The notes under the pieces are model-generated. The model saw nothing but the letters and a program-made list of their open reading frames with translations, ran no database searches and was not told where the DNA came from. A stretch of DNA of 64,000 bases from contig CAZEBS010000008.1 in NCBI GenBank assembly GCA_964510635.1, positions 30,331-94,330 on the forward strand, given 5' to 3'. Position numbers and translations under genes: made by a program. Source of the stretch: an uncultured Candidatus Bathyarchaeia archaeon (GTDB lineage: Archaea; Thermoproteota; Bathyarchaeia; Bathyarchaeales; Bathyarchaeaceae). Positions 18,023 to 26,767 of this stretch are shown here, piece after piece (positions within the stretch are counted from its first letter, which is position 1; the number at the start of each line of letters is the position of its first letter).

Positions 18023-18937
18023 CTAGACCTTTACCAGGTCAAGGCTCTTCATCAGATCCCTCTTTCTGTTTCTAACAGTAACTTCGGTTACGTTTGCCGC
18101 CTTAGCAAGCTGAGCCTGCGTCACCTTCTCTTTCAACATCCTTGCTGAGAGATAAAGTATTGCAGCTGCGAGACCTGAAGGGTCTTTTCCAGTGGTAGCG
18201 TGTTTGTTTTTGGCTTCTTTTAGCAGCTTTATCGCTAATCCCTCAACGTCACTGGAGACTTTGGCTTTCTCAGCTACCTTCGTAACGTATTCTGTAGGAT
18301 CGTCTATAGGCATCCTCATTTCCAAGTTTCTAACGATAACACTGTAGGATCGTGCAATCTCCTTTTGAGACCGATGACTGGCTTCCGCTATCTCTTTCAG
18401 AGTTCTAGGGAGTTTGGTGAACCTGACAGCGGCGTAGAGGGCTCCTGCAACCATTCCTCCGATGCTGCGTCCCCGAACCAAACCTTCGTTCAGGGTTTTC
18501 CGATAGACTATTGCTGCCATGTCATGGACTGAGGAGGGCATGTGAAGTATTTCGGAGAGGCGTTGGAGTTCACTCATTGCGAGCATGAGGTTTCTGCTTT
18601 GGGATGCGTGGACTTTTGAGCGTGTTTGCCATCTTCTGAGGCGCCACATTTGTTGTCTGGTTTTCGGTGATAGTGGGCGACCGAGGGCGTCTTTTTCTAT
18701 TCGGATGACTGTGGATAGGCCTTTGTCGTAGTGTGAGTAGTTTGTTGGGGTGCCTGCTCTTGCTCTGGAGTCTCTTTCTTGGGGGGTGAAGGCTCTCCAT
18801 TCAGCTTCTTGGCTTGGGATGTTTTCTTCGATGACTAGGCCGCAACGACCGCAGACGTATTCTCCCATCTCTGGATCTAATACAAGGTTTGTACTGCCAC
18901 ATTCTGGGCATCTGACGGCAACTATTTGCTTTGTCAC
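18023..18937 (-). CDS. tfb: transcription initiation factor IIB (TFB)
   Basis: It has an N-terminal zinc ribbon CPECGS...CGRCG followed by two cyclin-like repeats. Confidence 0.92.
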   Translation of the reverse strand: MTKQIVAVRCPECGSTNLVLDPEMGEYVCGRCGLVIEENIPSQEAEWRAFTPQERDSRARAGTPTNYSHYDKGLSTVIRIEKDALGRPLSPKTRQQMWRLRRWQTRSKVHASQSRNLMLAMSELQRLSEILHMPSSVHDMAAIVYRKTLNEGLVRGRSIGGMVAGALYAAVRFTKLPRTLKEIAEASHRSQKEIARSYSVIVRNLEMRMPIDDPTEYVTKVAEKAKVSSDVEGLAIKLLKEAKNKHATTGKDPSGLAAAILYLSARMLKEKVTQAQLAKAANVTEVTVRNRKRDLMKSLDLVKV

Positions 18938-19103
18938 GATGTTTCATCCAGTTTATGTTAACATTTATATTGTGGTAGAAGCAATATTTAAATATGACGT
19001 ATGTCATATTTCATCTCTCCGACTTTTAGTAAGACAACGGTCTACCAGAGACTCAACAAAACTTATCTTGTCTGGCTCATAAATGAACAGAACGCGATAA
19101 GAG

Positions 19104-20537
19104 ATGAAATTCTCGTTCATAAACCCAAGCCCCCCGTCGGAATCAATGTATATGGTTCCAACAGCTTGGCCCCCATTAGGGATTCTGTATTGTGCTGGGG
19201 TTTTGCGGGAGGCGGGAATCGAGGTTTCTTTGCTTGATCAGCCTGCGACATGTTTCTCTTTAGATCAGGCAGTGGATTGGGTGAAGAAGGAAGATCCGGA
19301 TATTGTGGGGTTTTCTGTTTTGCTTAGTGCTGCGAAGGAGGCGCCGAAGATTGCTGAGCGTGTTAAGGCGGAGAATCCGGAGTTGACTGTGGTTTTTGGG
19401 AGTCATCATTCGACGTTTAATGCTGAGAGGATTCTTCGGAAGTATCCTTTTGTGGACATTGTAGTCAGGGGTGAGGGGGAGTATGCTGGTGTTGAGATTG
19501 TGAGGTGTCTTGAGGAGCAGAGAGGGCTGGATAGGGTTGAGGGGGTGACTTTCAGGAAGAATGGTAGGGTTGTTTCTAATCCTGATAGGCCGTTGAATAA
19601 GGATGTTGATGCTCTGCCTTTTCCTGATCGTGATCTTGCTGGTGTTGAGTACACGTCTGCGATTTTTGGGGTTAAGATTAACAGCAGGAAGTTTACTACG
19701 TTGCTTTCGTCTCGGGGCTGTCCCTTTAATTGTAGTTTTTGTGGAATCAGGAAGTTTACTCGGAGAGCGTGGAGACCTAGGTCGGTTGAGAATGTAATGG
19801 CAGAGTTAGAGTATCTGCAGAGTGAGGGTTATGAGCAGTTTCTTTTTGCTGATGACAATTTTACTCTCGATGCTAAGAGGGTGTCGAAGCTTTGCCGCAG
19901 CATCAGGAAAGCGGGAATGGACATCGAGTGGTTTTGTGACTCGCGTGTGGATCATGTAAGTTATGACATGTTCAGGGATATGGTGAAGGCGGGTTGCAGG
20001 TGCCTCTTTTTTGGTATAGAGAGCGGGAACCAGAGGATTTTGGATTTTTACAGGAAGGGCATTACTCCTGAGCAGTCTGAGAAGGCGGTGTTTAAGGCAC
20101 GGAAGGCGGGTGTGGACATTATTGTGGGTTCTTTTATTGTGGGAGCTCCTGACGAGACTCAACGTGAGATCGTAGATACGTTGCGGTTTGCTAACAGATT
20201 AGACATTGATATACCTGACGTCAACATTCTGGGTGCCCATACTGGAACCGACATTTGGAATGATTTGGTGGCCAAGGGTTTCTTGAAAGAGAATGAGCAG
20301 TGGGAGGATGAGATCTGTATTCCCAGAGACGTGCCGACGCCTGTTCCCTACGAGGAAGTGAAGTCATTGATATACGAGTATTTCCGCGCCTTCTATCTGA
20401 ATCCCAAACAATTGTTTACTGAGATATTGAGGACTTCAAAGAGCAGTTTCAGGATAGCTGCTGCCCTAAATAACATGCGTGGTTTTCCTCAGTTAATCGA
20501 GAATCTTGCTCATGCCATCAGAAGAGACGAGAACTGA
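19104..20537 (+). CDS. B12-binding-domain radical-SAM protein (class B), substrate unknown
   Basis: It has an N-terminal cobalamin-binding-like Rossmann region (DIVGFSVL..., VVFGSHHSTF) and the radical-SAM motif CPFNCSFC. It is a paralogue of 60836..62266. Confidence 0.8.
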   Translation: MKFSFINPSPPSESMYMVPTAWPPLGILYCAGVLREAGIEVSLLDQPATCFSLDQAVDWVKKEDPDIVGFSVLLSAAKEAPKIAERVKAENPELTVVFGSHHSTFNAERILRKYPFVDIVVRGEGEYAGVEIVRCLEEQRGLDRVEGVTFRKNGRVVSNPDRPLNKDVDALPFPDRDLAGVEYTSAIFGVKINSRKFTTLLSSRGCPFNCSFCGIRKFTRRAWRPRSVENVMAELEYLQSEGYEQFLFADDNFTLDAKRVSKLCRSIRKAGMDIEWFCDSRVDHVSYDMFRDMVKAGCRCLFFGIESGNQRILDFYRKGITPEQSEKAVFKARKAGVDIIVGSFIVGAPDETQREIVDTLRFANRLDIDIPDVNILGAHTGTDIWNDLVAKGFLKENEQWEDEICIPRDVPTPVPYEEVKSLIYEYFRAFYLNPKQLFTEILRTSKSSFRIAAALNNMRGFPQLIENLAHAIRRDEN

Positions 20538-20596
20538 AAAGCTGATAAGCAAAAAGGTATATTGACTGAATGCTTGTTTAGCTGGGGAGCGGGTTT

Positions 20597-21577
20597 ATGT
20601 CGCAGGGGAACGAAAGCGCCAGAAAAGAAATTGAAATCTTGAGGATTTTGAGTGAGTTTGATAGCCCTGTTGGTTCTACGTTGCTGAAGCGGGAGCTGAG
20701 AAAAAGAGGGTTTCTTCTCAGCGAAAGGACAGTGAGGTATCATCTTCAGCTGTTGGAGGCAAAGGGTTTCCTGTTTGGGCACAAGCGAAGGGGGAGAACA
20801 ATTACGTCTCAGGGTTTGGAAGAGTTGGGTAGAGCTCTTGCTTCTCAGAGGCTAGGTTTCGTTACAACCCGTTTCATGTCTTTAGCCTATTCGGCGACCT
20901 ATGACCCCACTGTGGACACGGGAACAGTCGTTGCGAATGTGTCTCTGGTTGATAAGAGTCTTAAGGATAAAACAGTGGAGACCATGAAGGCGCTGCAGAT
21001 CATGAATCTTTTGTCGGCGCCATACATCAAGGTGCTGGACGAAAACACAGAATATTGTGACATTTCTGTTCCTGAGGGAAAAATTGCTCTTTTCACAGTC
21101 TGCAACTTGACGTTGGACAGCATTCTGATTCACTCTGGAATTCCGTTAGTTTTTGGATATGGGGGTCTTGTTCAAGTGGTGAACCGTAAGCCCATCAGGT
21201 TCGTCGAAATAATGTCCTATGAGGGAACCACGATACCGCCTCTGGAAGTTTTTGTGTACAGGAAGATGACTTCTATCATGCGGATACTGAAAACTGGCTC
21301 AGGAATGTTGTTGGCGACTATGAGGGAGATACCTGCGGAAGCCAGAGACAGAACCGTGAAGATACTTAAGAATCAGCAGAAGAAAGGGTGGGGAGGGGTC
21401 TTGGTTGTGGGAGAACCTAACGAGTCTGTGCTTGGAATTCCTGTCAGCATGGACAGATTTGGCATATGCGTTGTCGGCGGCATTGTTCCCGGAGCAGCCA
21501 TGGTGGAGGAAGGCGCCCAGATTGTCACCACTGCACCCCACTGTTTCGTTCCCATCGAAGAGATGACCCGAATCTAA
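20597..21577 (+). CDS. nrpR: NrpR-like regulator (winged HTH plus one DUF128/NRD domain)
   Basis: It has an N-terminal wHTH (ILRILSEFDSPVGSTLLKRELRKRGFLLSERTVRYHLQLLEAKGF) followed by a DUF128-like domain of about 230 aa. Confidence 0.65.
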   Translation: MSQGNESARKEIEILRILSEFDSPVGSTLLKRELRKRGFLLSERTVRYHLQLLEAKGFLFGHKRRGRTITSQGLEELGRALASQRLGFVTTRFMSLAYSATYDPTVDTGTVVANVSLVDKSLKDKTVETMKALQIMNLLSAPYIKVLDENTEYCDISVPEGKIALFTVCNLTLDSILIHSGIPLVFGYGGLVQVVNRKPIRFVEIMSYEGTTIPPLEVFVYRKMTSIMRILKTGSGMLLATMREIPAEARDRTVKILKNQQKKGWGGVLVVGEPNESVLGIPVSMDRFGICVVGGIVPGAAMVEEGAQIVTTAPHCFVPIEEMTRI

Positions 21578-21630
21578 ACAATTCTAACGCCAGTGTGAAC
21601 TGTCTTCACATAAAGTGTGCTGTGCAGAAA

Positions 21631-21686
21631 AATTTCAGAAAAAATACTGTTTTCAACAATGAACCTCTATTAGGACCCTAATAGAT
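21631..21686 (+). repeat. dispersed repeat of about 55 bp, copy 2 (remnant of the 5' end plus upstream palindrome of an 8339..8620-like gene)
   Basis: See copy 1. Here the minus strand encodes only a short fragment (..LLKTVFFLKFFCTAHFM*) resembling MIVEKILFLKFSSTAEGY. Confidence 0.7.
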
Positions 21687-21792
21687 GAAGTTCGTTTGAC
21701 CTTAACTATCGTTGAAGTTCACAATTTCTTGATAAAGACTAAACATAACTCAAACCAAAAAAAGGGATTAATCATTAGCCAAACTCTAAGTC

Positions 21793-21846
21793 TTTAGTCA
21801 AGGTTTCTTGACTAGACAAAGCGTAGTTTAGTCAAGGTTTATTGAC
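21793..21846 (+). promoter_or_regulatory. two tandem palindromic sites TTTAGTCAAGGTTT(C/A)TTGAC just upstream of a TATA-like box
   Basis: The copies lie at 21793-21812 and 21827-21846, and each contains the inverted repeat GTCAAG/CTTGAC (GTCAA/TTGAC in copy 2). An A/T-rich CTTTTTATTG follows about 30 nt before the ATG at 21891. Confidence 0.4.
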
Positions 21847-21890
21847 AAAAATACTTTTTATTGAATACTGATGCAGTTGATAGGGGTAAA

Positions 21891-24050
21891 ATGAATAGAA
21901 AAAAGTCGGTTTTTGCTGTTTTTCTGGTTCTTTCTCTTGTGTTTGTGGGTTCCACAGAGTTCAGTGTCGTAAAGGCGGAACCTCGGACGATTGTTGTTCC
22001 TGACGATTTTTTGTCGGTGTTTGATGCTGTAGAAGCTGCTTCCGAAGGCGACACCATATACGTGAAAAGTGGAACTTACGATGGTCCAATAGACCAAACT
22101 TTAGTGATCAACAAAACCCTTTCCCTTATAGGCGAAGACAAAAGCCTTACTACGCTCAATTTTTTTCCGCCCCTAGTTGAGCGCCCTTATCTTTTTGGAA
22201 CCACCTATTGGGCTAGAGATTACCCAATTCGTATTGCTGCAGATAATGTCAGCATTTCTGGTTTCACAATTGATACAATTGATTTTAACTATTCTAGTCT
22301 CAGTTCTGTTAAACCAGAAATCACGGGAACCGGAAACAACATCAGAATAGTAGACAACAACATATTAACAAATGTATATCTAGGATCCGGTTCTCACCAA
22401 ACTGTAACAGAAAATAATATAACCGGCATTTTACGAGCCAATGCCGCCTATCAAACCATTACAGAAAACATAATCACAAAGGGTATATCAAGTAGAGGTT
22501 CTTACGGCAATATTTCAAACAACCAAATAGCGTCAGGAGGAATCTCTGTGTCAGGTTCCTTCAACATAATTCACGGCAACACTATCACAGGAAGCGGTTC
22601 CACCGGACTTAACATTGAATCAGGCGGTAACAACATTACTGACAATATTGTGAGTAAGCAAGAATGTGGAATATCTCTTTTGGGGTCAAATAATATTCTG
22701 AGAGGCAACAAGATTAGCAACAGCAACTTTAATTTCAGATTAGAATGGAGAATAGACTGGACCCCTTCAAACTTTGTTAATGACATTGACAGTTCAAACC
22801 TTGTTGATGGAAAACCAATAATCTATTGGATCAACGAGCATGACAGAAGCGTACCCGAGAATGCAGCCGTTGTGGTTCTGGTTAATTGCTCGAACATTAT
22901 TGTTGAAAACCTTGACATTTCAAGTGTTGGACAAGGAATAGTAGTAGCCTATTCGACCAACTCGAAGATAAACCAGAATTCAATCAAAACTTCGGGTGAA
23001 GGAGTTATAATTCATAGTTCCTCGAGAATCACCGTGGATAATTTAATGATTGATGATAAGAATGATGCTGGAGCTGGAATTGGAGTCCATCTTGTATCCT
23101 CTTCTGAAAATACAATAGCTAATAACGTGATTATTGTTAACACAAAGGGTATCCGAGTGACTTACTCTAATGAAAATACAATACGAAATAACACTATCAC
23201 TAAGCCGGTGAGAGGAATCCAAATGGATTACTCTCACGAAAACATCATTAGTGGAAACACTATTTCTGGGGACAGCAATATAGGAATACAACTTTATGGT
23301 TCGAGAGGCAATGTTTTCAGCACTAATAAAATATCGGACTGCTTTCATTTAGCTGTAGCGTTTTGGGATAATGCTTGTGGAAACCTGTTCTACCAAAACA
23401 ATTTTGTTAATATCGCTGGGAATGTTGAAGATTATTATGACGGGTTACCGGAGTTTCCAATTAACTTTTGGGACAACGGCGCAGTGGGCAATTTCTGGAG
23501 TGACTACGACGGAAAGGACACAAACGGTGATAGAATAGGGGATACTCCCTACGTTATTAACGAGGATAACCAAGACCACTTTCCCCTGATGTACCGAGCA
23601 CAGGTTCTTGGAACTTCAACGGTTCATTCCCAGTTTTTTGACGCTGGTACATGGGAATGGACAGCCTACAAAGTTAGCATTGTTAGCAACTCACCGGTTT
23701 CAAATTTTAGTTTCAACCCTCAAGATGTGCTTGTACGGTTTGATGTGGAGGGGGAAACGGGTACAACAGGTTTTTGTAGAGTGATAATACCAAAGGAGCT
23801 GCTTTATGCTGAAAACGATTGGATTGTCTTAGCGGACGGCAACCAGATAACTCCAACAATAGGCGAAGACGCAGGTAAAACCTATCATTACATTACTTAT
23901 AGCAACAGTGTCGAAACAGTGGAAATAATCGGGACAGATGCAATTCCAGAGTTTCCATCATGGACTATTCTACCGCTCGTTTTGACTATCACACTGTTTT
24001 CAGTGATAATTAAACGAAACATCTCAAAACACGAAAAACCAAAATTTTAG
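21891..24050 (+). CDS. secreted right-handed beta-helix (NosD/pectate-lyase-like repeat) protein with a PEF-CTERM anchor
   Basis: The track ORF starts at TTG 21861, but the ATG at 21891 gives a signal peptide (MNRKKSVFAVFLVLSLVFVGSTEFSVVKA). Many parallel beta-helix repeats are present (NNIxxNxI / GIxLxxSxxNxIxxN). The C-terminus IPEFPSWTILPLVLTITLFSVIIKRN is PEF, then a TM helix, then basic residues. Confidence 0.75.
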   Translation: MNRKKSVFAVFLVLSLVFVGSTEFSVVKAEPRTIVVPDDFLSVFDAVEAASEGDTIYVKSGTYDGPIDQTLVINKTLSLIGEDKSLTTLNFFPPLVERPYLFGTTYWARDYPIRIAADNVSISGFTIDTIDFNYSSLSSVKPEITGTGNNIRIVDNNILTNVYLGSGSHQTVTENNITGILRANAAYQTITENIITKGISSRGSYGNISNNQIASGGISVSGSFNIIHGNTITGSGSTGLNIESGGNNITDNIVSKQECGISLLGSNNILRGNKISNSNFNFRLEWRIDWTPSNFVNDIDSSNLVDGKPIIYWINEHDRSVPENAAVVVLVNCSNIIVENLDISSVGQGIVVAYSTNSKINQNSIKTSGEGVIIHSSSRITVDNLMIDDKNDAGAGIGVHLVSSSENTIANNVIIVNTKGIRVTYSNENTIRNNTITKPVRGIQMDYSHENIISGNTISGDSNIGIQLYGSRGNVFSTNKISDCFHLAVAFWDNACGNLFYQNNFVNIAGNVEDYYDGLPEFPINFWDNGAVGNFWSDYDGKDTNGDRIGDTPYVINEDNQDHFPLMYRAQVLGTSTVHSQFFDAGTWEWTAYKVSIVSNSPVSNFSFNPQDVLVRFDVEGETGTTGFCRVIIPKELLYAENDWIVLADGNQITPTIGEDAGKTYHYITYSNSVETVEIIGTDAIPEFPSWTILPLVLTITLFSVIIKRNISKHEKPKF

Positions 24051-24084
24051 CCCCAAACCCAGAAGGGTAAGTCTTTAAGCGGTT

Positions 24085-24546
24085 ATGAATCATTTACTTT
24101 TGGGGGTTTGTATGGAGCTTCCTGATTATGTTTCGGTTAACGAAGTGCAAAGAGTTTGTGCAGAACTTGGAATTAGAGACTGGACTTTACTGAAAGAAGC
24201 CAAAGTGTTGCCAGAAGAGGCAGAAACGATATTGGCTGAGCTGAAAACTGATGGGATGAAAATTAGACTAGAAGATTTCAGGCTCGGGCTTGAGGTTGAA
24301 CTTGAGCATGGCATTCGTTTTCCTGAAGCAAATGTTACAAACAACCATCCTATACTGACAGGAAAAATCGTGTTGGCGCACTTCAAAGAATCACTGGATT
24401 ATTACCAGCGCTTAGAAGTGGCTGAAATCGAAGGCGACCTTCTGAAAGCAGTTGCTAGCAAGAACTATGAGAAAGTTGCAGCCCTCTATGAGAAACTTCT
24501 GAAAGCAAAGCTGGAGTTAAGTCAAGTAGAAACCAATATGCTCTAA
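24085..24546 (+). CDS. hypothetical protein
   Basis: A 153-aa soluble ORF containing LGLEVELEHG. The alternative start at 24112 gives MELPDY. Confidence 0.45.
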   Translation: MNHLLLGVCMELPDYVSVNEVQRVCAELGIRDWTLLKEAKVLPEEAETILAELKTDGMKIRLEDFRLGLEVELEHGIRFPEANVTNNHPILTGKIVLAHFKESLDYYQRLEVAEIEGDLLKAVASKNYEKVAALYEKLLKAKLELSQVETNML

Positions 24547-24785
24547 CCAACAAACAAAAACAATTATTGGCAGTTCAAACGTTTGGGTTTGGGACCTGAA
24601 ATTTAACCTAAATAGATGCATATTCGTGTGCACGTGTGTGTGGATGCACGCTCTATAGATGAGCAATTTTTTAAGCTAATTGCATTAGAATACCACAGGG
24701 GGTTCAGGGGTGGGTTATCATAGTTAGCCCTAAAAAGGGTATAAAGTCGGTCAGCGTAAGAATATTCGCAGTTGCTTATCTAACT

Positions 24786-26372
24786 TTGTTGGCTGTCACC
24801 GTGATTGCCAGTTACTTAGGTTATTCAGCCATAATGAAGCTGCAAACAGACCAAAACGACCTTCAGTCAAAGTATGACGGCATCAGCTCCCAATACGTTG
24901 GTCTTCAAGCAAACTTCAGCGAACTACAAAATAGCAACAGTGACCTTCAATTCCAACTCACCAATCTCCAGTCTCAATTTTCCTCTCTGAAATCCCAGCA
25001 GGACATGCTTCAGGCGGGTCATTACGCTCTGCAATCTCAACATTCCATGCTTGAAGCTAATTATTCCATTCTGCAATCCCAGCATGAGATGCTTAAGTTA
25101 AATTATTCTGCTCTGCAAGCCCAGCAGGACATGCTTCAGGCGGGTCATTCTACTTTGCAGGCGAACTACACTGAATTTGTGGATAATTATAGTCAAGTTC
25201 GATTGACCCCTTTCAGTTTCCTTGTATTCACTGACGGCAACGGAACTTACTACGCCGAAAATGGGACAACAAAAACCATTGAATATTCAGGAACAGATTT
25301 TGCGTCTATTTTGAATGCTGTGCTTTCTCAAGGAAAAACTTGCCATTTACTTCCAGGCGAATACCACTTAACCTCAACAGTCAATGTTTTTGGCAAAAAT
25401 GACGTATCAATTTCTGGTTCTGGATTAGAAACATCGAAAATACAGGTACCATCAGACATTTGTGCTTTCAACATTACAGGAACAGACTCGAATGCACACA
25501 ACGCTAGGTTTACCATGTCAAACATTGCCATAAACTCAACAACTTCAAGCACACAACCAGCACTGTTCTTCAAATACATGAATGACATAAAACTCAGCGA
25601 TCTGTCAGTAAACCAGTTTAACGTCGGCTATGATATCGAGTGCACAGAGAAAGTGTATATTTACCGATGTAAAGCATGGAGTAACAAAACCACTTTTTCA
25701 ACTGGATTCAAATTCGTTGGATACTCAATCGACACATTCTTAATTGATACCTTGGTACTACATAGCCAGCCCTTGGGCGTTGGTTACTCTTTTGATAATT
25801 GCGATTCAATTACATTAATAGGCGCAATTGCTAATCCGACCGTAACTCATTACGGACTTGGTGGACATGGATTCGTTTTCTTCAATTGCCACTGGGTCAA
25901 TCTCATAGGCACTATCTCAGATGGAAACGGCAGCCATGGATACTATCTGAGCAGTGGATTCAGATACTACTTCACTAGTGCTTGGGCTGGTTCAAATTTT
26001 GGAAACGGATTACAGAGCGATAGCGCAAGCCAAATATCACTTACTGGATGCTCTTTCTACACTAACCACATGGACGGAATTAAACTAAGCAACTCCAGCA
26101 GCACCACAATCTCAACCGCTATCGCTAAAGGCAATACCGAATACGGCTTAGAAGTTTCAAACACAAAGGGAATAACAGTTACATCATCAGTCTTAACCGA
26201 AAACGGCAACAAAGGCATATTCTTGGATGAGGGAAACAGCTACGCAATGATACAAAACAACAACTGCAACGACAACTTAGACTCCTCCTTCGACATATAC
26301 ATAGCAACACCACCAGCAAACTTCTCCTCCCTAGTAGCAAACAATTTCGGAAGAATATACCAAACACCATAA
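24786..26372 (+). CDS. membrane-anchored coiled-coil stalk plus right-handed beta-helix surface protein
   Basis: It has an N-terminal hydrophobic segment, a Gln/Leu-rich coiled coil of about 110 aa built from 14-aa repeats, and beta-helix repeats (GIKLSNSSSTTIS..., GLEVSNTKGITVT..., GIFLDEGNSYAMIQNN). The start is uncertain: it is TTG, and the frame is open from 24729. Confidence 0.65.
   Translation: MLAVTVIASYLGYSAIMKLQTDQNDLQSKYDGISSQYVGLQANFSELQNSNSDLQFQLTNLQSQFSSLKSQQDMLQAGHYALQSQHSMLEANYSILQSQHEMLKLNYSALQAQQDMLQAGHSTLQANYTEFVDNYSQVRLTPFSFLVFTDGNGTYYAENGTTKTIEYSGTDFASILNAVLSQGKTCHLLPGEYHLTSTVNVFGKNDVSISGSGLETSKIQVPSDICAFNITGTDSNAHNARFTMSNIAINSTTSSTQPALFFKYMNDIKLSDLSVNQFNVGYDIECTEKVYIYRCKAWSNKTTFSTGFKFVGYSIDTFLIDTLVLHSQPLGVGYSFDNCDSITLIGAIANPTVTHYGLGGHGFVFFNCHWVNLIGTISDGNGSHGYYLSSGFRYYFTSAWAGSNFGNGLQSDSASQISLTGCSFYTNHMDGIKLSNSSSTTISTAIAKGNTEYGLEVSNTKGITVTSSVLTENGNKGIFLDEGNSYAMIQNNNCNDNLDSSFDIYIATPPANFSSLVANNFGRIYQTP
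24987..25154 (+). repeat. four tandem 42-bp (14-codon) repeats inside the coiled-coil region
   Basis: The units are 24987-25028, 25029-25070, 25071-25112 and 25113-25154. They encode LKSQQDMLQAGHYA, LQSQHSMLEANYSI, LQSQHEMLKLNYSA and LQAQQDMLQAGHST. Units 1 and 4 share an identical run of about 30 nt. Confidence 0.85.
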
Positions 26373-26484
26373 GCGAACAAAAATAACCCCAAAAACTGAT
26401 GCACACACAACAAAGATTTCTGGAAATTTTTCTAGAAAATAGTTTCACAACCGTTAATATTTCAATCCAACAAAAAAGAGGAGC

Positions 26485-26691
26485 ATGCTATTTGGCAATG
26501 TCCGAAAAGCTTGGAAAAAACGAGCCATCAATCATTTAATCAAAGACGCTGGCGAAGAAGAGTGGCGCACCTTTGCCAAGGCATTATGCGGATCATCGGA
26601 CATTTGCCGCGGATTTCCCATTGAATGTAAATCCTGCTTTGACTCATACTATAATCCTGCTGAGATGCTACAGCGTATTTCAGAACAATAG
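26485..26691 (+). CDS. hypothetical small Cys-containing protein
   Basis: A 68-aa ORF in an otherwise empty 395-bp spacer, with no family recognised. Confidence 0.3.
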   Translation: MLFGNVRKAWKKRAINHLIKDAGEEEWRTFAKALCGSSDICRGFPIECKSCFDSYYNPAEMLQRISEQ

Positions 26692-26767
26692 CGAATTTTG
26701 TATTTGTTTTCGTAAGAAGCCTTTAAATGACTCTCGTTTGCATTAAGGGCATGAGGAGGGATAGTCC

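Noticed and set aside
24626-24643. An alternating purine-pyrimidine tract gtgtgcacgtgtgtgtg (Z-DNA-prone) upstream of the coiled-coil/beta-helix gene
   Set aside because: It is short and occurs once. No second feature supports a function, so it is noted only as a curiosity.
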